A DNA stretch of 63,953 nt, filler included, from Chrysochromulina tobinii (lineage: Eukaryota): NCBI GenBank assembly GCA_001275005.1. It is 6 parts of 6 records of this genome, joined end to end, with 100 filler letters (N's around TTAATTAATTAA, not from the genome) between each part and the next. Parts side by side here need not be neighbours in the genome. Positions count along the whole stretch, not along the records: positions 1 to 19,666 come from JWZX01001346.1; 5 more parts are not named here. One strand, given 5' to 3'. Made by a program: the position numbers and the translations under genes. Shown in pieces: positions 1-11,206 of this stretch. Positions within the stretch are counted from its first letter, which is position 1; each line of letters opens with the position of its first letter. A model generated the notes under the pieces. It ran no database searches, was not told the origin of the DNA, and saw nothing but the letters and a program-made list of their open reading frames with translations.

Positions 1-76
1 TAGATGCGTCTAGCACGAGCGCTGCGTCTGTGTATAGCTGCTCAGCGTCTCAGATTATCTACCCGAGGCTCGCAAG

Positions 77-219
77 GTCAGCTTCCTCTGATGGCCACTG
101 ATGACCACTGATGACCCGGATGACCCCTGATGACCACAGATGACCGTTGATGACCTCTGATGACCACTGATGGCCAATGAATTGTCACTGATGGTCGCCG
201 ATTTCCACTATCGTCGCAG
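77..219 (+). repeat. Probable GT-AG intron filled with a 10-bp tandem repeat (CTGATGACCA-like)
   Basis: AAG|GTCAGC at 77 and CGCAG|GTG at 219 flank about 9 degenerate 10-mers. Splicing joins DYLPEARK to VLKILSRAT (ORF 220..903), suggesting a + strand gene entering from outside the window. Confidence 0.6.
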
Positions 220-473
220 GTGCTCAAAATACTCTCTCGGGCTACTGCTGCTGCTGGCGGCCATCGTGTGCGAGGTGCGCGGCACGCCCCTCTCCGCACC
301 TCTCAGCTTGCAACGGCTCGCATGCAAGTGCCCATCACGGCGCGTCGCCTCCCCTCTCCTCCCCGTCACAGGCGCGCCCATCACGGCGCGTCGCCTCCCC
401 TCTCCTCCCATCACGGCGCGTCGCCTCCCCTCTCCTCCCCGTCACAGGCGCGCGGCAAGCCGGCCAAGGACCA

Positions 474-1337
474 TCAGCGCTCGCCGCCGCCCACCAGCGA
501 GCATGCACGCGCTCCATATGGCGCGGTGTGCGGCGGCGCAGACGACAGCCCAGGCGCCGAGCTGGGCGCCGAGCTGCGCGGGCTGGGCGCCGTGCTGGGC
601 GCGAGCAGCGGCGGGAGGCGCGCCCGGGAGGGCGCCCGGGATGTTGCCTCTCCGGAGCCCAAGGATGATGACCACGACGGCCCGACGCGAGCGAGCGCCC
701 GTAGCGTCGCATCTAGGGGGGCGCTCGTCGGTCCCGGCTGTTTCAGATCGGAGCGCGGGCTTGCAGCGTTGTCCAGAGCGCGGTCCTCCTTGCCCTCGAG
801 CAGGTGCAAGCAAAAGGACGCGAGGACCACATCAAATGGACCGGCTGCAGAGCATCGACTGTCCAGCTGGCCGTTCGCAATGTCTCCGAAGGACCAGCGA
901 TGACAACGGCGTCCCGTGCGCGCCTCGTAGCATGCGTGCGTGTAGGGGTCGCACGCTTCGGTCTGGACTGCCCTCGGAGGCGTGATGACTTCCTTCATGG
1001 CCGCTTCGAACGCGAGCGTGGCCTCGCCGCCGCCGCAGGCAAGGTCGAGAACGTGGACGGCCGGCATCGGCCACGGCACCACCCACCTTTGCAGTGCGTT
1101 GCGCATGCAGGAGAAGAGGAGTGGTGCGTGCGGGTTCGTGTATTCTGCACCGTGCGCCTTGTAAAAGGCTGGCGCACCCATGGCCTCGTATGCTCCTCGG
1201 ACGCTAGAGAAGCCGCCGCTCGTGCCACTGTCGCCCTTGGTGGAATTCGAGGAGGCCGCCATCGCCACCGCCGCAGCACTCGCTGACGACGCTGGCGATG
1301 GCTGCCGCCGCGTCTTCCAAATGGCGGAACGGGGCAT
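474..1337 (-). CDS. Class I SAM-dependent methyltransferase-like protein
   Basis: Motif I VLDLACGGGEAT, acidic post-beta2 EACDP and FDVVLASFCLHL (motif II/III-like). Start (1337 or 1262) and 3' end are uncertain. Confidence 0.7.
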   Translation of the reverse strand: MPRSAIWKTRRQPSPASSASAAAVAMAASSNSTKGDSGTSGGFSSVRGAYEAMGAPAFYKAHGAEYTNPHAPLLFSCMRNALQRWVVPWPMPAVHVLDLACGGGEATLAFEAAMKEVITPPRAVQTEACDPYTHACYEARTGRRCHRWSFGDIANGQLDSRCSAAGPFDVVLASFCLHLLEGKEDRALDNAASPRSDLKQPGPTSAPLDATLRALARVGPSWSSSLGSGEATSRAPSRARLPPLLAPSTAPSPRSSAPSSAPGLSSAPPHTAPYGARACSLVGGGER

Positions 1338-1594
1338 AGGACCCGCGGGGCCCCGTTCGTGTGAAAGAGCTGGTGTGAACGACCGGGTTCCGTTTGTTCC
1401 AAGAATCCTCCTGCTGGCTCACAACAATCGAACAGTGGCGTTGGCGGCGTGCGCGCGGCTGCGCACCTGCGCGCCTGCCTGCGGCGCTGCGCGGTGCACC
1501 TCCCGAGGTACAATCTCTCGATAACTCTCGATATCTGATCTATTACAATTGTAGACAGACGTGGCAGGCGCACTTGAACATGGACTACTCTGAA

Positions 1595-2734
1595 CTACCC
1601 GCTCAAGAAGCTGCGTCGCATGCGCGAGGTGGCTGCAGCGGCAGTGCCCGCGACCGACATCTTGGGCGAAGTCTTCGGCAAGCGTTGAGGAGGGGCTGCC
1701 TTGGCCGTGGAGGATGCCATGGCGGCGGCGGCGCTCCGAGGGCTCAGCGTCGTGTCAGCAGCTGTACTTGGCGTCTTGGGCCGTGGCGCCTTGGGCACTG
1801 CTGTCCTGGGCGAGACCGCCTTGGGCGATGGAGGCCCGCGAGGCGAGAAGGCCTTGGGCGAGGGCATGGGCGAGGGCATGGGCGAGGGAGGGAGCCCTCT
1901 GGCTCCCACTGTGGACGATCCCAACCCATACTGTGACTGACCTGCATACTGACTTGAGCGTGATGAAGCGGTGGTCGCAGAATACAGTCGGCTAGCGGCA
2001 TGGCCCTTCGAGGGCGTTGTCGGGACAGAGGGTTGGAAAATTGGCAGTTGGGCTAGCAGCTTGTGCGGCGCCAGGCGGCGCGCAGGGCCGATGCCGTTAT
2101 CGCTGCCGTTGCCTTCGCTAACCTTGCTTTCGCCTGCTGATCCAGCCATTTGAGGGGATGTGGCTGCCGTAGGCAATTGGGGCCGTGTGGCCGACCTGGG
2201 AGATGAGCTCGGCTTGGGTGACGGCTTGGGCAACGCAGCCTTTGTTGCCCGTGGCGTACGCGGCGCTTCGGCCGCCACCTTGAGATCCGCAAACCGTAGC
2301 TTGTCGGCTTGGGCGGAGAGTACAATTGCCACCACCACAACTCCAAGCGCGCCGACGCTCTGCGCGTGCACGGCGCCATTGCGCAGGGCACTGATTAAGT
2401 CGGCCTCGAGACGGCAAAAGAGCTCCGGACAGGTCTGGAGTGCTGCCGGGAGCGTCGCTCTCAGCTCGGACTCCACAAATTGTACGAGAGCTGGCAGCGT
2501 GGCAACGGCGGGGTGCAAGTAATGCTGCAGCGTGGTGAGAGCAGGATTTAAGGATTGGTGCAGCACGGAAACAGCGGCTCGCGAGAATTGCTGCAGCGCG
2601 GCAACTGCGGGTTGAAAGGTTTGCTGCAGCACGTGTACGCGGCCCTCCAGTGAGCCAATTAGCAACTTGATCCCAGCCGATTGTATTGCAACACTGGGTT
2701 CAGGCGCAACTTGCACAACAGGAGACTGCGCCAT
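1595..2734 (-). CDS. Hypothetical protein, one hydrophobic segment and a Ser/Pro-rich disordered C-terminus
   Basis: 379-aa ATG-initiated ORF flanked by AT-richer intergenic DNA; no family motif recognised. Confidence 0.5.
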   Translation of the reverse strand: MAQSPVVQVAPEPSVAIQSAGIKLLIGSLEGRVHVLQQTFQPAVAALQQFSRAAVSVLHQSLNPALTTLQHYLHPAVATLPALVQFVESELRATLPAALQTCPELFCRLEADLISALRNGAVHAQSVGALGVVVVAIVLSAQADKLRFADLKVAAEAPRTPRATKAALPKPSPKPSSSPRSATRPQLPTAATSPQMAGSAGESKVSEGNGSDNGIGPARRLAPHKLLAQLPIFQPSVPTTPSKGHAASRLYSATTASSRSSQYAGQSQYGLGSSTVGARGLPPSPMPSPMPSPKAFSPRGPPSPKAVSPRTAVPKAPRPKTPSTAADTTLSPRSAAAAMASSTAKAAPPQRLPKTSPKMSVAGTAAAATSRMRRSFLSG

Positions 2735-3065
2735 CGCGCCTTTTCGCAGAGGCCGCGGGGATACAACCCGGAAACTTGCGGAGGCGATTCCTCAATTGTT
2801 GTTTCCAAATCTTAATTAACGAATCTCAAAATCGGCTCTGAACCACGCATCGCGTTGGTACGCCGCAAAGCTCGGGAACTTAGGACGCCTGTTGAATGAT
2901 AGAATACGCGAACAATAAATTCTGCAAACGCTAACGACACGCAACACGGATACATAAAAAAACGAAATAGGTAATAGCGAATGCGAGGTAAGCGTGCAGG
3001 GTCAGCGGAAGCACCATCCTAGAGAGGCACCGGTGAGCGGTTCCACTGGCCTTGGTCAGACGTCG

Positions 3066-3109
3066 CTACCAGACGAACGAGCCCGTCTTTTGTGGCGATG
3101 GCATCAGCC

Positions 3110-3140
<31 letters not shown>

Positions 3141-6100
3141 CACCACGAACACGACGTCGTCCGCCTTCTGAGCCGCAGTGCGCCGCAGGCCCTCATACCT
3201 TCCGAGAGAGCGCGAGGAGGCCTCACACAAGCGCAGATAGAGCGGCGCGTCTTTGCCCACCTTGACGTCCTTACCACCGCTGCCGCCGCCGCTGCCGCCG
3301 CCGCCGCCCTTGGCGCCGCCCTTGGCGCCGCCCTTGGCGCTGCCCTTGGCGCCCGACATGACGCTCGCCTCGAGTAGCTGCACTTCGCGCGAGAGCACGG
3401 CCTGTAGTGCTTCGAGCACGCCCGCCTCAATGGCCATGATCGAGCGGAGGGCGGAGTCGTACGTGAGCTTGAGCAACGCGTTGGCACCCGCCTGCACCAC
3501 GTGCTTCGAGTGCCGGTGTGAGTTCAGCGCCGTTGCGATCGCGCCCAAGGCCCCCGAGTCGGCTGCACGTTGCTTGGAAGCTTCGCAGTACGCGAGGCGG
3601 CCTAACAGGTCAATGCCAGAGGCTTGGACACCCTCCACCGACAGGTGCACGCCAAGCAGCTCGACGACCACGTCCACCAACCCCCGCTCCTCGAGCGACA
3701 AGGGTGCCTCCTCCTCTACCTGCCGCCGAGGCATGCACGCCGTCGCCGCCGGGAATTCGAATCCAAACCCGAACCAATAATTGGACTCCGTGGCGGACGA
3801 CGCCGGTGTGGCGTCGCGTGGTGTCCCCGTACCGCTTGACGATATGACCCGAGCGCCGCCACGAGCGCTGCCACTGCCACTGGCGCCGCCGACGACGCCA
3901 GCACGAGCCTTAGCAGCCTCAGCAGCTGTCGCCGCCGCGCCGGCCGCCCCCACCCCCGCCTTCGCTTCGTCAATTGCTTCGTCCTCAAGTCCACTCTCTT
4001 CCATCTCGACCAAATGGCTCAGCCTCGCGAGCGCCGCTGCTGCGACGAGAGCGTGCGCGCCCGCCTCCTCCGCCTGGAGCACACGGAACGTCTCCTCGGC
4101 AGAGGCGGCATGCAGGCTGCGTGCGACCGCGAGCACGCGCGCCGTAACGGGCGCGTCTCCTTCCGAGGCCGACGCCGTAACGGACTCGTCGCGCGCCGTG
4201 TCGAGCGCCTCGGAAGGCGAGGGCGCGCTGGGCGTTGTGGGAGAGGTAGGGACGGCGGCGGCTGCAGTGGCAGTGCCGGAGCCCTGTGGGGAACTCGACT
4301 GTGTGGAACTGCAGTGGCACTGTAGGGAACTCGACGCGCTCGCGCCGTCCGCACTGCCGCCGTCGCCGCTCCCGCCGCCACCGCCGCCATCGCCCCTGCT
4401 GCGTCCGTTGCGAAGGGTGTCGGTGTGAAGGGCGTCGGTGTGAAGGGCGTCGGTGTGAAGGGCGTCGATGTGAAGGGCGTCGGTGTGAAGGGCGTCGGTG
4501 TGAAGGGCGTCGGTGTGAAGGGCGTCGGTGTGAAGGGCGTCGGTGTGAAGGGCGTCGGTGCGTCGCGCTTGGTTCGGTGCGCGAGGGGACGGAGAAGGAG
4601 AGCGTTCAGCGGCCGCGGAGCTGTGGGGAGATGCGGCGGAAGGGGGCGGCACCGCGGCAGGGTGCTTCCTGCGCGTCGTCGAGGGAGACTCTGTCGGCGA
4701 GGTGGGTTCTTCTTTCTTTCGAATCGGAGGCGACGGGAGATTGCGGGAGATCGTGGTCGGGGCGCTTGCGACGGCGCGCGGCACGGCGGGTTTGGACATG
4801 CCCTCGAATTGGACGACGCGCGGCCGATGAGGGGCTTCATTGACGACGCGCGGCTGATGAGGAGCTTCATTGACGACGCGCGGCTGATGAGGAGCTTGCG
4901 GAGGGCTGCTGCTGAAGAGGACCGTCGGCGACGTGGTCTTGGCGGCCCTGGGCTTGGGCGAGGTGGACTTGGGCGAGGTGGACTTGGAGACGATGGCCGT
5001 CGGCGACGTGGTCTTGGCGGCCGGAGGCAGGGGAGCCGAGCGCTGCGGAGGTGAGGACGAGTGGGGCGAGATCGAGGGCGAGATCGAGACCGGCGAGAGC
5101 GGCCGTTTGACGAACCCGAGCAGCGGCGGAGGCGACGAGTGCTGCGCCTCGGCCAACAAATCTTCAAGGATCCTCATCAGGTGCTCATCGCGGCAGGCGG
5201 GCCGTCTGGAAGGCGTGTCGAAGCGCTTGAGGTCCCCGTGTGGCACCTCGAAGCCGGCCGTATTGGACTTGACGTAGACATCCTCACCGACGACGCGCAT
5301 GTAGCTCGGAGCGAGCCCACGTCGCGGCGTGGCGTCGATCAGGTGATGCGCGGCCTGCCCGATGTCGTACCCCGTCGTGTCGTACCCCCTCGGCGTGAGA
5401 GCGAGCGGCCGCCACGTCTGCGGATCCCACTGGCGAGCAGGCCCCTGGGCGAACACGGTTTGGCCGTGGAAATGCTTCTTCTTCTTCTTCTTCTTCGTGA
5501 TCACGATGAGGGCAGCTTCGGGTTTGGCGGGTGCGGCGCCGAGCGCAGCACTTGCATCCTCGAACGCCATGTGGCGCTCATCCTCGCCCATGCTCGCGAA
5601 CGCCTTGCGCTCATCCTCATTTATGCTTGCGAGCGCCTTGCGCTCATCCTCGCTCGTGCTCGCTAACGCCTTGCGCTCATCCTCGCTCGTGCTCGCTAAC
5701 GCCTTGCGCTCATGCTCGCTCGTGCTCGCTAATGCCTTGCGCTCATGCTCGCTCGTGCTCGCTAATGCCTTGCGCTCATGCTCGCTCGTGCTCGCGAGTG
5801 CCTTGCGCTCGGCATCATTCATGGAAGCGAGAGCCGCTGGCGGAGATTCCGGGCCGTCGGGCTTTGGCATCGGCTTTTGATTCCGCTTCGGCTGCTCCTG
5901 CGGCTTCGGCGACGCCTTACTGCGCTCCTTTCTGCGCTCCTCGCCGAGGAAGATGGGAGCGAGGAATGTGGCCGCATAGGACTTGCCTGGCGATGTGTCA
6001 AAAAACTCGTGAGAAAGATCGGCCTCCTGCGTGGGACGATGTAACACTGCCAGCGAGTCCAGGAAGAGCTGCTGCCACGCGTGCTTCTTTCGTGTCTGCT

Positions 6101-6152
6101 CCAGTCGGTGAGAGGCGGTGACGGCGGTGATAGTCCCCGCCCACGCGCTCAT
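3066..6152 (-). CDS. Low-complexity repeat protein with C-terminal armadillo-like repeats
   Basis: Long open frame with likely start MSAWAG at 6152. C-terminal ARM-like segments (LVDVVVELLGVH...VQASGIDLLGRLA; GALGAIATALNSH...VVQAGANALLKLT). Contains internal coding tandem repeats. Confidence 0.65.
4418..4560 (-). repeat. 15-bp coding tandem repeat (TDALH)n, about 9 copies
   Basis: GTCGGTGTGAAGGGC repeated on the + strand. Confidence 0.95.
5575..5815 (-). repeat. 33-bp coding tandem repeat (ASTSE[HD]ERKAL)n, about 7 copies
   Basis: GCCTTGCGCTCAT[GC]CTCGCTCGTGCTCGCTAA[CT] units are visible. Confidence 0.9.
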
Positions 6153-6434
6153 GATTGCCGACAGTGGCCTTGACGATGGTCGTCGTCCTCGGAGCTTTCG
6201 TACAGGGAACTTACTTGTTCGATCGCATACGCGACGCCACTCGGGGTGCCAAGTCTTTTGGTGGCCAAGTTTGTGTCCTAAAATGGAAATAAAGGTCCTC
6301 GTGAGGACACCAACCGTCTCGCTCGACCGGCGTAGTCGGCCGCGGCGCGCAATGCATGGCATCGTTCTGTGTGTATGTCTCCGACCGTTTGTCCATTAAA
6401 ACTCACTCACTGTGTATGTCCCCGACTGCTGGAT

Positions 6435-9400
6435 TCAGACCGTGACCTGACCTTCCCACGCCGCAGTGGGCCGTGGGAGCGGTCGCGCCCCGAACCCGCG
6501 CCAGCGACGGCTCTTGCGAGGGCCCGCCCGGAGAAAGGCGGCGGCGGCAGTGGCCGCTGCGAATGGGAGCTTGCGGCGTGGGGGCGGAGGCGGAGGGCGC
6601 GCAAGGGGCGTTGTTGATGCCTGACTTGCGGGGTGTGGGAATGGGCTGGTTCGCCCACGCAGCTGCTGGTACAGTCTGGCTGCGAGAGAGCGCGCCGTGG
6701 CGGCGTACTGGATGTACTGCAGTCCGTTGTCGTAGTACGTGAGCAGTGCAGGAAGAGCCACCGTCCCGGCGAGGAGCGAGTACGCGGAGACCTGGGAGAG
6801 GAGCGGCGCCGTCCAGGGCGCAAAGCACGCGATGAGCAGCGTCAGAGACGAGATGGCCTCATTCAGCTGACTCATGCCGTCGATCCAGCAGCCAAGCCGG
6901 TCTGACGCTGGCCTTCGGATGAGGATCCACGCGCCGTACGCCATCTCGAGCACCAGCAAGGGGACGAGCTGTGAGGGGCCAATCGCGGCCGGTGAGCTCG
7001 ACGCGAGGATGGCCGCGGTGATCAGCTGCACGAGCAGAGCGATGATGACCGCGCAGGAGCGGTCGGGAGCATCCACACGATCCAAAAAGGAGCCCCACTC
7101 CTCCAGCGCATCGGATGCGTCGATCAGGGGCTGCGCGATCTGGTTCGATCTCGTGGCGCGATTCCCAATTAGGAAACAGTCCTCGAGGAATAGGTGGGTC
7201 AGTCGACGGCCTGAGGCGCTCTCCGGAGGTGACGAACCCTTGGTGGAAGGTGACGAACCCTTGGTGCAAGGGCCAGGGCAGGTCCCACGGCGCGCCAGCA
7301 GGCGCTCTGAGCGAGCTGGCTCAATGGGGACTGCCGGTGCGCTGCAAGCTCCATAGGAACGGTCGATCGGCGCGCGCGCGCATCCGCATCGGAGTGCCAC
7401 GTAACTCAGAGCGCGGCAGAGGGGGTCCTCCACGGCCGACGTGCCGTCCAGCCGCTGGGCGCTCTTCCAAATCGTCGATGCGAACGCATGATAAAAGTGC
7501 AGCAGCTGGTACGTCAGCACACTCACCTGATGAAGGAGGCAATCAGCGGTCCTCAGTGGTCCTCAGTGGCCATCAGGTGGTGCGTCAACACACTCACGAT
7601 GAAGAGCATGAGCGCCAACACGACGCTCGCGTACGCAATGAAGGCGTCCATACGAGGGAAGGGGATGGGTGTCGAAGAGCTTTCGCTACGGACGGCGAGG
7701 GTCCAGACCGCAAAGCAGGCATTCGTCAGGCCGGGTAGGAAGAAGACGAACACAGCGAGCTCTGGCTTCCACCCGACGAAGGCGCGCGGCCACGGGATGA
7801 AGAAGCGCCAATGGCCCCGCCCGACACAGAGCCGTTCGAAGAAGCCAGCGGCTGCGACGGCCACGTCTTCCACGTCCTCCAGGTCGCCGCTGAGGAAAGC
7901 GGGGTTCTTCTGCCCGGCTGTGTCCGAGTCGCGCTTCGCAACCGCCCATCGGATCCACGCGCGCCAGATGCACCTGATGAAGGAGGCAATCAACGGTCAT
8001 CTGTGGTCATCAGTGGCCATCGGATCCACGCGCGCCAGATGCACCTGATGAAGGAGGCAATCAGCGGTCATCTGTGGTCATCAGTGGCCATCGTATCCAA
8101 GCGCGCCAGATGCACCTCGCGCGCCCATGGAGCAGCCCGAGGCCGCAATCAGCATGCAATCAGAATGCAATCAGAATGCAATCAGCATGCAATCAGCATG
8201 CAATCAGCATGCAATCAGCATGCAATCAGCATGCACCTCGCGAGCCCATGGAGCACAAGCACGCCAAGCAGCACGAGCGCGCCGGTGATACTCAAGTCGA
8301 GCAGCGCGTTGATGGCAAGGGGCAGGTTCGCAGGCTCGGTGTCCTCCTCGACCAGTCGCCGACGTGGCATGGCGGGGGTCTCGAGTGACTCCGAGCTGCC
8401 GACGATCGCGTCCCATACACCGCTGGCGCCCAGAAAGGGCGTCAGCGCGCGGCCCAGCGCAGCGCCCATCCCCGCGTTCGTGCCCTGGTCCGAACCAGTC
8501 TCGCCTCCTCGCAAGGCGAGGCGCTGCACACCCATGATGAGGAGCACCGCGCGCCCCGCGGCGTCCGAGGAGGAGCTCGACGAGGAGCCCGCGGCAGCGC
8601 CGCCGCCGCTGGCAGCGCTCGAGACGGCGCTGGCGACGGCGCCTCCGACGGTCGAGACGACGCTGGATGCCACGGCGACGGCAACGGCGGCCGACACAGT
8701 GCTGCTGACTGCGGACAGCTCCAGCGCATCGACTAGGGGCCACTCGATGACTGATGGCTGGAGCAATTGGCCTCCGAGGGGGCCACGCAGTAGCGAGACG
8801 TGTAGCTCTTGACGAATCTCGAGGGGCAGCGCGGCCAAGGCGGTTGTGGGCAGCGTGGCCAGCACCGAGGCTGGCAGATTCGCCAAGGCGGATGTGGGCA
8901 GCGTGGCCAGCACTGAGGCTGGGAGACTTGCCAAGGCGGATGTGGGCAGCGTGGCCAGCACCGAGGATGGGAGACTTGCCAAGGCGGATGTGGGCAGCGT
9001 GGCCAGCACCGAGGCTGGCAGACTCGCCAAGGCGGATGTGGGCAGCGTGGCCAGCACCGAGGCTGGCAGACTCGCCAAGGCGGATGTGGGCAGCGTGGCC
9101 AGCACCGAGGCTGGGAGACTTGCCAAGGCGGTTGTGGGCAGCGTGGCCAGCACCGAGGCTGGCAGGGTTTGGAGGGCGGTGCTCGGGAGGGACGCGAGGG
9201 TGGCGATTGAGAGCTCTGAAGGCAGCACTCTCAATGACATGGGTGAGGCCACCACGACGAGCGACGACACGCCCAGCGTAGCCGCCGCGGGGATAGGGTT
9301 GAGGAAGAGTGTGCTAGCGGCGGCGCTCACGGCGCCCGTCGAAGCAGCAGTAGAGAGGGCCACCAAGACGGCAATGAGGAGGTGCTCCACGCTGCTCGAG

Positions 9401-10200
9401 GCGTGGCTGAGATGGCGCCGGCCAAGCGATGGTAGCGTCGATTGTATCCCGATCGGGTCGGGCACGCCCACGGTGCTCACGTTGATCGCCACATCAGCGA
9501 CGGTCACATTGGGCAGCGCCGCGGCGAGCGTGTGCACGAAGGCCGTGCCGTTGAATTGGGACGCAGTCAACGAATCGGCCAGAAGGGTAAAGCTGACCAA
9601 GTTCAAGAACGCATCTCCGGGGCTGAGTGGCGGCGCGGGTGGCGCGGGTGGGGGTAGAGGTGGACGCGGTGGCCATGGCGACTTCAATACTGGCGGCAGA
9701 GTGACGGGGACGGGAGGTAGGTCCACGGAAATGGGTGGTGGTGCTATGGCGACGGGAGGTAGGTCCACGGAAATGGGTGGAGGTGCAATGGCGACGGGAG
9801 GTAGGTCCACGGAAATGGGTGGAGGTGCAATGGCGACGGGAGGTAGGTCCACGGAAATGGGTGGTGGTGCTATGGCGACGGGAGGTAGGTCCACGGAAAT
9901 GGGTGGTGGTGCTATGGCGACGGGAGGTAGGTCCACGGAAATGGGTGGAGGTGCAATGGCGACGGGAGGGAGGCCCACGGAAATGGGTGGTGGAGGTGAG
10001 ACGGAGAAAACAGGAAGTGGTGGCAGAGGTGAGAGGACGACAGGAGGCAGCGACACGGGGAGAGGCGGAGGTGAGATGGCGACGGGAGGCAGCGATACAG
10101 AAAGAGGTGGCGGAGGTGAAAGGGCGACCGGCGGCAGTGTCATAGGAAGAGGTGGCGGAGGTGAGAGGGCGACCGGCGGCAGCACACTTGGGAGTGACAT
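6435..10200 (-). CDS. Multi-exon membrane protein: Pro-rich extensin-like N-terminus, 16-aa repeats and a multi-pass TM C-terminus (exons ~10200-8237, 7973-7598, 7526-6435)
   Basis: Three ORFs (8215..10200, 7553..7993, 6435..7526) join in frame via GT-AG introns 8236-7974 (GLAR|CIWRAW) and 7597-7527 (LFI|VSVLTYQ). Several hydrophobic helices are present. The true start may lie upstream. Confidence 0.75.
7527..7597 (-). other. 71-nt spliceosomal intron with repeat core, ending CTGATTGCCTCCTTCATCAG
   Basis: GTGAGT donor and CATCAG acceptor; splicing restores the frame. Confidence 0.85.
7974..8236 (-). other. 263-nt compound intron containing a (GCATGCTGATT)n array and two copies of the CTGATTGCCTCCTTCATCAG module
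   Basis: GTGCAT donor and CATCAG acceptor; splicing restores the frame. Confidence 0.8.
8830..9165 (-). repeat. 48-bp coding tandem repeat (LASLPASVLATLPTSA)n, about 7 copies
   Basis: Directly visible in DNA and in the translation. Confidence 0.95.
9705..9995 (-). repeat. 42-bp coding tandem repeat (APPPISVDLPPVAI)n, about 7 copies
   Basis: Directly visible in DNA and in the translation. Confidence 0.95.
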
Positions 10201-11206
10201 CCTGGAGCTCCAGCGGGCGCTCCTGAGTGTCCGGAATCAAGCGCTCCGGATGTCGTCGAAATCGTGTCTTGAAATGCGAGCGCGGAAACGCGTCGCGCTG
10301 AGCAGTTTTGTGGGATACATCGAGAAGCTCAAAGGACACACAAGTTCGCCCCTGGAGAAATCTGTCGTCACTGTTCGTTGGGGCGCTCAAGCTCTGTGAA
10401 CGGCATCCTGTGAATGGAGACACACGTTTAGCAAGATCTTACTACATGTATGCTATAGGGGACATACTCTCGGTGGGTGCCAAACCGATCCAAGGTTGCA
10501 TCTCGCGCTTCGGGCGCTACCGGAACTCCTGAGATTATCTCCGCGATCTCATCTCCGATATCTCATTGGAGATTATCTGCGAGATTGGATCTCTGATTGA
10601 TATACGCCCAGCCAATGACCCCTATTTCCACTGAGCGGCCAGCCATTCACCCTCTGGACCCCGTACGGGGCTTCGAATGCGACCCTATGATTTGGCTGGA
10701 GAGAGAGCTGTGGTGGTGTCTGTTCGGCTAATACTCGGAGCATTTCCCTGACATAAGATCTCGCATCGTCAGCATCTTCTTCACTAGATTTACCGAAACA
10801 GGTGCCCGGGGGGCCTAGGAATTCGGCAACATTCCTGTCAGTCCAGTTCCCAGACATGTGAAACAAACGCCCACTGGATACCAACCACTCTCGCTCGCGG
10901 CGTAACCTTTGTGTGTGACCAACGATTCCTCGCGATTGCGCGCACGAATAAGAAAACATCTTTTTCATGCTGCATGCAAAGCTGCATGCAATCCATTCAT
11001 CAATTTTGTATCAAGTATTCATCCATCTAGTTGGGATCTTGAGAGAAAGGGTCAGTTGCATCGACATATAATTGGGATCTTGATATTCCTGTGTGTCGAA
11101 AGTTCTCGTAGTCGACGATCGCGCTCAAGCTCTCACCTCTTCCTCACACATGATTCGGCGAGGCGCGTGCTGGAGCGGCGCCGAGCGGCTCAGTGGCGCA
11201 CTCATT

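Noticed and set aside
4418..9995. Regular direct repeats that could resemble CRISPR arrays
   Set aside because: Head-to-tail units with lengths in multiples of 3, no unique spacers, located inside ORFs, and no cas genes present.
8846..10399. 517-aa + strand ORF with Gly-rich repeats
   Set aside because: Antisense shadow of the Pro-rich minus-strand gene, which is supported by in-frame splicing to downstream TM exons.
10573..10968. 131-aa minus-strand ORF
   Set aside because: No motif and only weak coding evidence.
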